Below are positions 8,620-15,830 of a DNA stretch of 20,213 bases, piece after piece; position 1 is the stretch's first letter; each line of letters starts with the position of its first letter. The notes beneath the pieces were generated by a model that was given only the letters and a program-made list of their open reading frames with translations, made no database searches and had not been told where the DNA came from. The position numbers and the translations under genes were made by a program. The DNA comes from Nitrososphaerota archaeon (GTDB taxonomy: Archaea; Thermoproteota; Nitrososphaeria; Nitrososphaerales; Nitrosopumilaceae), in NCBI GenBank assembly GCA_022573895.1, contig JACZTB010000031.1, positions 1-20,213 of the forward strand. The letters run 5' to 3'.

Positions 8620-10186
8620 AAGAAGAACTGGGGTAGTCTCCCTCATTTACTGGTTTTGGGATGGAATAGATAGAACAATCTTTACTGGACTCAAGTTTTC
8701 ATTCCCTTCTAGATTTGTTAGTCCGTTTGGATTCTTAGGGATGCTTACCTTTATCACATTTATCATTCTTGGAGTTACAGGAGCTCTGCTCATGTTTTAC
8801 TATCAACCTATATTGGATAGAGCTTGGGATAGTGTTCAATTCATTAATGATGTTGTTCCGTTTGGTTTTCACATTAGAAATATTCACTATCATGGTTCCA
8901 ATGCAATGGTGCTATTGGCTGTTCTTCACCTGTATTACCAATTCTTTAGTGGACGATACAAAATTAGAAATCAAGTTTTATGGATGACTGGTGTAATTCT
9001 TGGTACTGTTACTATTCTTGAAGCATTTACTGGATATGATGTTATATTTAGTGAAAGAGCAGAACTTGCAATTAGTATTGCTGCATCTCTGACGACATCA
9101 ATTCCTATAGTCGGACCGACGATTCGTGATGCGGCGCTGGGTAGTGGGTTCTCGGACTTTGTGTTAAGGTTCTATGCACAACATGTGTTCTTGTTACCAA
9201 TAGTAATGCTAGGATTGATGGCAGTTCATTTCCCAAGATTCTTGGTATTTGATGTACCTATGGTCATGGCCATTTCTGGTGCTATTCTAATCACTGGTGG
9301 TGTGTTCCCAATTGATATGGGATTCAAGTTTGAGCCGTCAGTACCGCCAGGAGTGACGGTTCCTGAATGGTATCTTACAGCAATTTATGCATTCATGAGG
9401 ACTCAGTATGACAAGTTTGTAACAGGACTGTTATGGCCTCTGATATTTATCGCCACGCTTCTGTTAATCCCGTTCATTGATAGATACAAGAAATTCTCAT
9501 GGAGAGACAGACCAATAGTTACATCATTTGGGATTACTAGCATTGCTCAGATTATGGTTACCACATATTGGGGATTCTACATTAATCCTGACGTCACGGT
9601 TCCATTAGTAGAGCGTTTGGTGATTGATCCTATATTCTTCTACTCTGTAATGATCTTGCTGGTACCTCTAGGATTTGGATTTACATACATGATGATTAAA
9701 CTTGCAAATGAAGCTGAAAGAAAAGCAAAACTTGCAAAAAGTAAAGGTCCACAGAAAGTTGCCACAATCAACCTTTCTGAAAAATGGATTAACTGGCTAC
9801 TTGTTGCTTTGTTAGCATTCCAAGTATTCCTAAACATTGCAGCATATAATGCCTCTTTGACAGGAATGAAGAACATGTCGTTATTCTTTGTTGGAATAAT
9901 CTTGTTGGTATTTGCCGCATTCTTCCATCTTTACAGATATGCTTTGAGTGCGGAAAAGAGTATGCCACCACCTCCACCTATTCCAGTACAGGAAGAACAA
10001 CCAAAGCTACCTGCAGCTGATGTATCTTCTGAACCAAGTAAACTTCCAGAAGATACTAAACCCGAAGGAAAACCGGAACCAAAAGAATTAGCTCAAGAAG
10101 TTCCTATACCAAAAGCTCAAGCAGATTTGGGAATTGGTGCAGATAACAATCCAAATCTTGATTCGAGTGATCTTAACAAACCATGA
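8597..10186 (+). CDS. Cytochrome b (fused b6 + subunit-IV-like) with extra C-terminal TM helices and a Pro/Glu/Lys-rich tail (529 aa)
   Basis: Helix-B heme ligands HYHGSNAMVLLAVLH (13 intervening residues). Helix-D pair HVFLLPIVMLGLMAVH (14 intervening residues, b6-type). Qo-site PEWY motif (VPEWYLTAIYAF) in the same polypeptide. Two further TM helices after residue ~395. Tail PPPPPIPVQEEQPKLP...PEGKPEPKE. The start could also be the ATG at 8603. Confidence 0.92.
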   Translation: MDMAVSLERRTGVVSLIYWFWDGIDRTIFTGLKFSFPSRFVSPFGFLGMLTFITFIILGVTGALLMFYYQPILDRAWDSVQFINDVVPFGFHIRNIHYHGSNAMVLLAVLHLYYQFFSGRYKIRNQVLWMTGVILGTVTILEAFTGYDVIFSERAELAISIAASLTTSIPIVGPTIRDAALGSGFSDFVLRFYAQHVFLLPIVMLGLMAVHFPRFLVFDVPMVMAISGAILITGGVFPIDMGFKFEPSVPPGVTVPEWYLTAIYAFMRTQYDKFVTGLLWPLIFIATLLLIPFIDRYKKFSWRDRPIVTSFGITSIAQIMVTTYWGFYINPDVTVPLVERLVIDPIFFYSVMILLVPLGFGFTYMMIKLANEAERKAKLAKSKGPQKVATINLSEKWINWLLVALLAFQVFLNIAAYNASLTGMKNMSLFFVGIILLVFAAFFHLYRYALSAEKSMPPPPPIPVQEEQPKLPAADVSSEPSKLPEDTKPEGKPEPKELAQEVPIPKAQADLGIGADNNPNLDSSDLNKP

Positions 10187-10207
10187 TTTCAAAAGTTCTA
10201 AACAAAC

Positions 10208-10214
10208 TTTATAA
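10208..10214 (+). promoter_or_regulatory. TATA box TTTATAA ~27 nt upstream of the cupredoxin ATG
   Basis: Exact TTTATAA read at 10208-10214; ATG at 10238. Confidence 0.55.
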
Positions 10215-10237
10215 GAACTTGAGAGTTTGAAAAAATT

Positions 10238-10699
10238 ATGAGTTCACCTACGTCGAGCCACGCGTATGGTATAGGGGTTGTTGCAATAATCATTGCAATG
10301 TCTGCCTCAATTGTATTTTACACTTCATTTTATATTCCTGAATCTTTGGCAAAGCCAACCGTAGCTGAACATATCTTAAATCCAGACACAGATTTTATTA
10401 TTGAAATTGTTCCAGGTGCAGTAATTGAAGGAAATGAAAACTATGTTCCAAACCAATCCAAAGTGTTATTGGGTATTAACAACAAAGTTATTTGGATAAA
10501 TCTGGATGATACTCCTCATACTGTAACTCCTGATCATAGAGCCTCTGATAAGTATAGTGGAGACTTTGGTTCTATAGGTGTCCTTAAACCTGGTGATTCC
10601 TTTGAATTCCTATTCACAGAGGTTCAAGAAATTCCTTATCACTGTGAACCTCATCCATGGATGACTGGAAACATTTCTATAGAACTGAGCAGATTCTAG
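10238..10699 (+). CDS. Membrane-anchored plastocyanin/amicyanin-like type-1 blue copper protein (153 aa)
   Basis: N-terminal TM (YGIGVVAIIIAMSASIVFYTSFY). Type-1 Cu ligands: His in DDTPHTVTP and C-x2-H-x3-M in YHCEPHPWMTG. Located directly after Rieske/cyt b. Confidence 0.9.
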   Translation: MSSPTSSHAYGIGVVAIIIAMSASIVFYTSFYIPESLAKPTVAEHILNPDTDFIIEIVPGAVIEGNENYVPNQSKVLLGINNKVIWINLDDTPHTVTPDHRASDKYSGDFGSIGVLKPGDSFEFLFTEVQEIPYHCEPHPWMTGNISIELSRF

Positions 10700-11046
10700 A
10701 TAGAATATTTCGCAAAAATTATTTGACTTTCAATTTCTTTATGTTGCTCAATAATTGACACTCTAAATTTTATTTCATGTTCTTGTTTTGGCTCAAATTT
10801 AATTAGTGCGGTAAATTCTGCCTTGTTTTTAGGCATTACCTCTTTGTTGATGAATAATCTTGAAACATTTTGTGAAATACTCTTTCCGTTGCATGACTTG
10901 TAGAATATGTGTTCATTTGAATCTAAAATCTGGGTATTTATCACAACTCCATCATATCTTCCTGGATATGACACAGAAATTGTTCCTCTGATTTCAGAAT
11001 TTGGATGAATGTCAGTTGAGTTTAGTGTGAATACTAAATCTTTCAT
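10696..11046 (-). CDS. Small hypothetical protein (116 aa), possibly arrestin-N/Spo0M-like beta-sandwich
   Basis: Clean ORF with ATG. The pattern LNSTDIHPNSEIRGTISVSYPGRYDGVVINTQI resembles arrestin-N/Spo0M-type strands, but this is weak and by eye only. Its stop overlaps the cupredoxin stop by 4 nt (convergent). Confidence 0.6.
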   Translation of the reverse strand: MKDLVFTLNSTDIHPNSEIRGTISVSYPGRYDGVVINTQILDSNEHIFYKSCNGKSISQNVSRLFINKEVMPKNKAEFTALIKFEPKQEHEIKFRVSIIEQHKEIESQIIFAKYSI

Positions 11047-11189
11047 GAAAACATCATCTGTAAATCAGAATAAATAATTTTGTTAAGCGGGCCCAAAGGG
11101 TTCAAGATACTAACTTGGGTCTAATTTTGGTTCCACTTTGTTCATAAAATTTTGTTTTGCGTAATCTTATAGAACCACGTAGCAACTCT

Positions 11190-11416
11190 CTGTAGCTTAA
11201 ATCTGAGCTTCTCTGGATTTAGCTTTTTAGCTCTTCAAGCTGGAACAAAAATCTGTAGCTAAACAGCTACAGATGCACTACATTAGCTGTTGTAGCTACA
11301 GTTGTCGTGCGTAGAAAGCAGCTACAAAAGAGCTACAACTACGCCTGAAAAACTACAGAAGCTGTTTTGTAGCTGTAGCTAGGCACGACACTGTAAATTG
11401 TAGCTTATAGCTACAA
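11190..11416. repeat. Dense array of GTAGCT/AGCTAC hexamers arranged mainly as dyads (non-coding)
   Basis: GTAGCT at 11192, 11255, 11293, 11369, 11375, 11400. AGCTAC at 11265, 11295, 11320, 11331, 11409. Dyads: CTGTAGCT-aaac-AGCTACAG (11253-11272), TGTAGCTACA (11291-11300), TTGTAGCT-tat-AGCTACAA (11398-11416). Tandem GTAGCTGTAGCT (11369-11380). Confidence 0.9.
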
Positions 11417-11466
11417 CTTACAAGAAGATCTACAGGAGCTTCGTTCGTAAACCTTTACGCACGACA
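11303..11466. repeat. 11-bp perfect inverted repeat TGTCGTGCGTA / TACGCACGACA enclosing part of the GTAGCT array
   Basis: Left arm 11303-11313, right arm 11456-11466 (142 bp between them). A third GCACGACA lies at 11383-11390. Confidence 0.85.
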
Positions 11467-11918
11467 GTTAGCTGAATAGCTGCGTAGTTCTAATGGAGAT
11501 TACGAAATAATACGATAGTGAATATACTTATGAAAATTTTGGATCAACCTTTTCCCCTAAATTAGTTTATTGATAATTAATAAAAATAGAACCTCCCCTC
11601 TCCCTGCTAAAAAATCACGGTTTTCTCGTTATGTTGTACGTTATGATTTGTTGGAAAAAGGTTACGGAACAAATATGGGAAACATAACAACGGATGAAAA
11701 ACAGGGATGTCCAGAAAATTGAGAACGATGGATTATAGGGCCTTTCTTCATTGATGATCTTACAATAATCAAGAGCTATGAGCCACTGGAGTGTTTTGAA
11801 CGAACTGCAATTCATCCATACGTGGAATATATCAACGGTTCCTCTGATTTTATATTGGATTAGAACTTCCTCCCATTCTCTGCAAATGTGATCTTGGTTC
11901 CTCAAGTTCTTTTCCTTC

Positions 11919-13868
11919 CTATGCCTGGGTTGTAGAAGCTTTTGGATGGCCCACTTTTCGGTGTTGCGTATCGCTGTCCAAAGGCAACAAGATATGGATC
12001 TCAGCTCCCTTATCTCTTCCCTCGGATTCCGCCCAGATCTTACCGTCATGATTTTCGATTATTCCCTTGCAAACTGATAAACCCAAACCAATTCCTCCAG
12101 TTTCTCTGGTAAGGGAGCTGTCTATTTGATAGAATTTTATAAAAATTTCATCAAGTTTTTCTTTTTGGATTCCTGCTCCATTGTCTTTCACTATCACTCT
12201 AGCGTTAAAACTGTCGGAATCAAGTTTGACGTGGATTTTACCATTTTTTTTGGTGTACTTCATAGCATTAGATATTAGATTTGATAGAACTTGTTCGATT
12301 CTAGTTTTGTCACACGAACAGAAAATATTTTCTTGCAGATCCGTGGTGATAGAAATGTTTTGTTTTTTCGCAATAGTCTTCATATTTGTGGCTGTCACGG
12401 TGATAATTTTAGACAAATCATAGATCTTCTTATCTAATTTCAACTGACCAAGTTCTATTTTTTGAGCATCCAAAAGATCTGAAACAAGCCTCAGAAGTGA
12501 ATCGGTATTTGATTTTACTACATTAAGTATTTTTCGTTGTTCCTCTTTGATGCTGCCAAACTTTCCTGATAGAACCATATCAGTATAACTTTTTATCGGA
12601 ACTAACGGAGTTCTCAATTCATGTGAGGTCATATACAAGAATTCAGATTTTGCCGAGTCCAATTTTTTAAGTTCTTCATATTGTTTTATTATGGTCCTTT
12701 GCTTTTCTTGTAGCGCTTTTTGTGCGTTGTACATTTCTGTGATGTCTCTAATGATGGTATTGCTACCAATTAACTTGCCACTGTCATCATAGAGATTGTT
12801 TGCACTAATTAGAGTTGGAAAAGTAGTCCCATCTTTTCTCCTTAATCTAACTTCCCTATTTAATATACGTCCTGTCTTTTTCCACGTTTCAAATGAGTCA
12901 CGCATCTCGGATTCTCCTTCTTTAGAGATATGCTCAAAGATTGATTTGCCAATTATCTCTTCCTTGGTGTAACCCAAGTGTTCGGCATAGGATTTGTTAC
13001 AGTTAAGGATAATTCCTTCTTTATTGATGGTACGGTACAGATCCGGTGAATTCTCGTATAAGCTTCTATATCTTCTTTCAATCTCTTCGATTTGTGAAAT
13101 GTTTTTGATTACTGTGTTACTTCCAATAAGTGTACCATCTTCATTATACAGACTTGTTGCACTTATTAGCACGGGAAATGAAGTTCCGTCTTTTCTCATT
13201 AGCCTAGACTTGTGAGTTGGGACTCTTCCTGTCTTTTTCCATTCCTCAAATAATTTGTGCGTTGGTTCAAGGCTTCTTTCACTACAAAAGTCAAAAATTG
13301 ATTTTCCGATTATTTCTTCCTTTGAATATCCCAGTTCCTGAGCATACTTTTTGTTACAATCAATAATTATTCCATTTGTATTTATGCTACGATGAAGATC
13401 CGGTGATCCCTCATACAAGCTTCTAAATTTTCTTTCAGTCTGTCGGAGTTCGGAGATATCTCTAATGATGGTATTGCTACCAATTAACTTGCCACTGCCA
13501 TCATAGAGATTGTTTGCACTAATTAGAGTTGGAAAAGTAGTCCCATCTTTTCTCATTAGCGAAATTTCCATGCTGGAAACTGTTCCCCCTTTCTTCCACT
13601 CATCAAAAGATTTACGTAATGCTAGCAGACTTTGTTCTGCGACGTGTTCAAATATTGATTTGCCAATAACTTCTTTTTTCGAATAGCCCAGATTCTTTGC
13701 ATAGGATTTGTTGCAGACAACAATTATTCCGTCTGTATTTATTGTTCGGTAAAGATCGGGAGACTCGTTGTAAAGGTTCATGTATATTTGAAATAACGGA
13801 TGACTTTCACCTTGTACTTTTTTTGTTATCTCTTTCTCTGAGAAATTCACCGACATCCCTGTCTCCAT
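11919..13868 (-). CDS. Cytoplasmic sensor histidine kinase with three tandem PAS domains (649 aa)
   Basis: Three repeats of YRSLYExSPDLYRxIN..GII..CNK.YA..LGY.KEE.IGKSIF ... RKDGT.FP.LISA..LY...G.LIGSNT.I.(D/N)IS. H-box MTSHELRTPL, N-box LSNLISNAMKYT, G1 VKDNGAGI, G2 GGIGLGLSVCKG. No TM segment. No response regulator in the window. Confidence 0.92.
   Translation of the reverse strand: METGMSVNFSEKEITKKVQGESHPLFQIYMNLYNESPDLYRTINTDGIIVVCNKSYAKNLGYSKKEVIGKSIFEHVAEQSLLALRKSFDEWKKGGTVSSMEISLMRKDGTTFPTLISANNLYDGSGKLIGSNTIIRDISELRQTERKFRSLYEGSPDLHRSINTNGIIIDCNKKYAQELGYSKEEIIGKSIFDFCSERSLEPTHKLFEEWKKTGRVPTHKSRLMRKDGTSFPVLISATSLYNEDGTLIGSNTVIKNISQIEEIERRYRSLYENSPDLYRTINKEGIILNCNKSYAEHLGYTKEEIIGKSIFEHISKEGESEMRDSFETWKKTGRILNREVRLRRKDGTTFPTLISANNLYDDSGKLIGSNTIIRDITEMYNAQKALQEKQRTIIKQYEELKKLDSAKSEFLYMTSHELRTPLVPIKSYTDMVLSGKFGSIKEEQRKILNVVKSNTDSLLRLVSDLLDAQKIELGQLKLDKKIYDLSKIITVTATNMKTIAKKQNISITTDLQENIFCSCDKTRIEQVLSNLISNAMKYTKKNGKIHVKLDSDSFNARVIVKDNGAGIQKEKLDEIFIKFYQIDSSLTRETGGIGLGLSVCKGIIENHDGKIWAESEGRDKGAEIHILLPLDSDTQHRKVGHPKASTTQA
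12745..12840. repeat. Intragenic 96-bp repeat copy A (PAS3), 95/96 identical to 13459-13554
   Basis: tctctaatgatggtattgctaccaattaacttgccactgTcatcatagagattgtttgcactaattagagttggaaaagtagtcccatcttttctc. Offset to copy B is exactly 714 nt (238 codons). Flanks diverge sharply. Confidence 0.9.
13459..13554. repeat. Intragenic 96-bp repeat copy B (PAS1)
   Basis: Same sequence as 12745-12840 except C at 13498 versus T at 12784 (Gly versus Asp in LYD(G/D)SGK). Confidence 0.9.
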
Positions 13869-13914
13869 GAAATACTACTTGTTATCTTCGTCTCTAAATC
13901 GAACGACTTTATCC

Positions 13915-13932
13915 GGGGGGGGGGGGGGGGGG
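13915..13932. repeat. G18 homopolymer (C18 on the kinase coding strand) 47-64 nt upstream of the kinase start codon
   Basis: Counted directly: atcc + 18 G + ttctc. It lies in the divergent intergenic region between the kinase (-) and the 14141 gene (+). Confidence 0.9.
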
Positions 13933-14140
13933 TTCTCAAAAACCAAATTAACAATTTTCTCCATTCATTTTGTTTCTATCATAATAATAAGAAGAATGGA
14001 AATTTTAACTCAATTGATGTACCAAATTGGCCATTTGAATGACTTTTGTAGAGCTGTTAACGCACTTCATAATCATTACTAAGATTACGCAAGAAAGATT
14101 TGATGTTACTAAAAAGTTAATTTTCTAGTAGAATGACTAC

Positions 14141-14638
14141 GTGTTATTGAAGAGGGCTGTCATAATTCTTGGATTTATCCTTTCATTAGGAATAGTTGTT
14201 AGTCTTTCATTTTATGCATCCGCAGAATCCCTTATTCCATCTTGGATAAAAAATACAGCTGGGTTTTGGGTTGATGATCAAATTAGTGATTCAGAGTTTA
14301 TAGCTGCATTACAATTTCTTGTAAAAGAAGGAATCTTGATGATTCCACAACCAGTTGAGGAAAAACAAGAACAACAGAGTGGATTTAGTAATACGAATTG
14401 TCGCAAAGATCTCACTGGGTTTGTAACAATGACTGGTAAATTTACAAATGGTCAAACACCTGCTTCTCAAATATACTTCATATTAGGAGTGCTTGATGCT
14501 GATGGGGCTGTGTTAGCCACAGGTATTGGGGTTATTTCCAATGTTGAGGCTTATCAAACAAAACTCTTTGAAGCTACTGCTGCATATACTGGACCATTTA
14601 CTAAATGTGAAATTCAAGTCTCAGATGTTTTTCGATAG
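14141..14638 (+). CDS. Small secreted/membrane-anchored protein (165 aa), GTG start
   Basis: N-terminal TM/signal (AVIILGFILSLGIVVSLSFYASA), then the motif IPSWIKNTAGFWVDDQISDSEFIAALQFLVKEGILMIP, which I recall as recurrent in thaumarchaeal secreted proteins (memory only). C-terminal ~85 aa beta-rich domain with two Cys. The start is GTG at 14141; the nearby ATG at 14133 is out of frame. Confidence 0.7.
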   Translation: MLLKRAVIILGFILSLGIVVSLSFYASAESLIPSWIKNTAGFWVDDQISDSEFIAALQFLVKEGILMIPQPVEEKQEQQSGFSNTNCRKDLTGFVTMTGKFTNGQTPASQIYFILGVLDADGAVLATGIGVISNVEAYQTKLFEATAAYTGPFTKCEIQVSDVFR

Positions 14639-14644
14639 CTATTC

Positions 14645-14680
14645 TATCTTTCGTAATCTGTACTAGGATTACGAAAGATA
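14645..14680. terminator. Perfect 14-bp stem / 8-nt loop hairpin 7 nt after the stop of the 14141..14638 gene; founding member of a dispersed hairpin family
   Basis: TATCTTTCGTAATC-tgtactag-GATTACGAAAGATA read directly. A half-copy TACTAAGATTACGcaagAAAGAT lies upstream of the same gene (14078-14099). Confidence 0.6.
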
Positions 14681-14888
14681 TTATGAATTTGGAATAATTT
14701 TTAATAGAACAATCTTCAGATTCCTTTGAATGGGATCGCAAAATCCGTTTGATTCGTTACCTAATCTGCAAGTTCTAACCGATGAACCAGATGAAAAACC
14801 AACTACAGATTTTGATAATATCAGTAAATTAATTGCAGGTTTGATGAATGCAAACCAGAGATCAATCACTTTTTGACTAAAATTTGAA

Positions 14889-14929
14889 ATTTGTAATATA
14901 TCTTAACACTGCTTTTTTTATTGAATAAC
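14889..14929. repeat. Direct repeat copy 1 (~41 bp); also contains the 10-bp inverted repeat AATTTGTAAT (14888-14897) / ATTACAAATT (14930-14939)
   Basis: atttgtaatatatcttaacactgctttttttattgaataac. Compare copy 2 at 15040-15082 (about 5 differences including a 1-nt indel). Confidence 0.8.
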
Positions 14930-15039
14930 ATTACAAATTAACTATCGTATTTTTAACTGATAACCCCGATTTTGGTTTCAAAATGAATTAAGGTCTTTTA
15001 CACATGTCTTTTTATGTATTAAACCACTTGGCACGAATG

Positions 15040-15082
15040 ATTTTGTAATATACCTTAACCATGCTTTTTTTAATTGAATAAT
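15040..15082. repeat. Direct repeat copy 2 (~43 bp), ~55 nt downstream of the stop of the 15139..15819 (-) gene
   Basis: attttgtaatataccttaaccatgctttttttaattgaataat. Confidence 0.8.
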
Positions 15083-15138
15083 CCTTTTAAAAAAAATATT
15101 TGTATTTTCTATTCAAAATTTCATTTGATGCGAAAAAT

Positions 15139-15819
15139 TCAAACCTTGTTTAATTCATCAAAAATTTTTCTAATATAATCGTCATGATTAGAAACAAATT
15201 TTTCAACTTTTGATTTGTCTTTATTTCTGTATACTGTCATGACATCAAAAGTTTTTTCTGAACTTCGGGCTGCAGGTTGAATATTAATATCAAACCAGTC
15301 ACTACTCTGTATTTTTTTATCAGATGAGTATATGTGAAAACCATAATTTAAAACAGGTTCTTGGATTATGTTTTTTATTTTTTCATTTAGGTTTCCCTCT
15401 GGTTTGATTTTTCCTAATCTTTCCATTGGATTTTCACCAGTTTCGATAGCATAATTTGACAATAATTCGTAAAAAATGGCATTTTCATCAATTGTGGGTT
15501 CTATTGAAGTCTTGACAATATCTAATATCTCCAAAAAAACATTAATTGATTCATTAAGATCACTTCCATCAACCCCAATAACTTGTGGAAGGGAATCAAA
15601 TTGTATAGCCACATTCCCTTTTTTACCGATTATCCCATTCCAATCTAATGATACACCAATTGGAGTAGGTCCTGTTTTTGGAGGAGGTATTAAGACATAA
15701 TCCATCTTGGTTCGAGCTAAAGCATTTTGAAGATCACCAGTAACAAATGGAAATATAACGTATCTATAACGAACAGATAGCCTGTTTCTTTTTGCAGTAA
15801 TTTTGAATTCTTGAGACAT
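15139..15819 (-). CDS. Hypothetical protein (226 aa), no recognisable domain; second gene of the HTH operon
   Basis: Clean ORF with ATG, 11-nt gap after the upstream HTH gene. Soluble, mixed alpha/beta-looking sequence. No catalytic motif I can name. Confidence 0.7.
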   Translation of the reverse strand: MSQEFKITAKRNRLSVRYRYVIFPFVTGDLQNALARTKMDYVLIPPPKTGPTPIGVSLDWNGIIGKKGNVAIQFDSLPQVIGVDGSDLNESINVFLEILDIVKTSIEPTIDENAIFYELLSNYAIETGENPMERLGKIKPEGNLNEKIKNIIQEPVLNYGFHIYSSDKKIQSSDWFDINIQPAARSSEKTFDVMTVYRNKDKSKVEKFVSNHDDYIRKIFDELNKV

Positions 15820-15830
15820 CGTGCATCAAA

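Noticed and set aside
2922-10000. Short nested ORFs (2922..3230-, 3035..3217-, 3490..3678-, 4999..5184-, 5954..6253-, 7905..8132-, 8145..8336-, 8294..8506-, 8769..8987+, 9640..9876-, 9789..9977-)
   Set aside because: All lie inside or antisense to CDSs with clear catalytic or cofactor motifs. None has its own recognisable motif or promoter-like context.
11088-11110. tRNA-like fragment (gggcccaaagggttcaagat) and a 12-mer CCCAAAGGGTTC (11092-11103) shared with the tnpB 3' hairpin (3705-3716, opposite strand)
   Set aside because: No acceptor or anticodon arms can be folded around it. A single 12-mer match in a 20-kb window is within chance expectation and the flanks do not align.
11190-11416. 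Possibility that the GTAGCT block is a CRISPR array
   Set aside because: There is no constant-length repeat/spacer periodicity. The repeat unit is only 6-10 bp and occurs in both orientations. No cas genes are present.
11047-11918. Possibility that the repeat-rich gap is a replication origin
   Set aside because: There is no adjacent orc1/cdc6 gene, no long AT-rich unwinding element flanked by ORB-type boxes, and the motifs do not resemble ORB/mini-ORB consensus as I remember it. It is not excluded experimentally, but it is unsupported.
11615-12049. 144-aa ORF on the minus strand overlapping the 3' end of the kinase
   Set aside because: It overlaps the kinase HATPase region out of frame. The non-overlapping part has an implausible composition and no motif, so I treat it as spurious.
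13867-14082. 71-aa ORF reading through the G18 tract (…SGGGGGGFSK…)
   Set aside because: It exists only because the homopolymer is read as a Gly run. It lies in a divergent promoter region and has low-complexity, Ile-rich content.
14681-14876. Small ORFs on both strands: 62 aa on the minus strand (14681..14869) and a 48-aa plus-strand ORF I translated (14730..14876, MGSQNPFDSLPNLQVLTDEPDEKPTTDFDNISKLIAGLMNANQRSITF)
   Set aside because: The plus-strand peptide faintly resembles the N-terminus of KAP-type P-loop NTPases and could be a gene stub truncated at the island edge. It is too short, with no Walker motif, to support. Only homology search could revive it.
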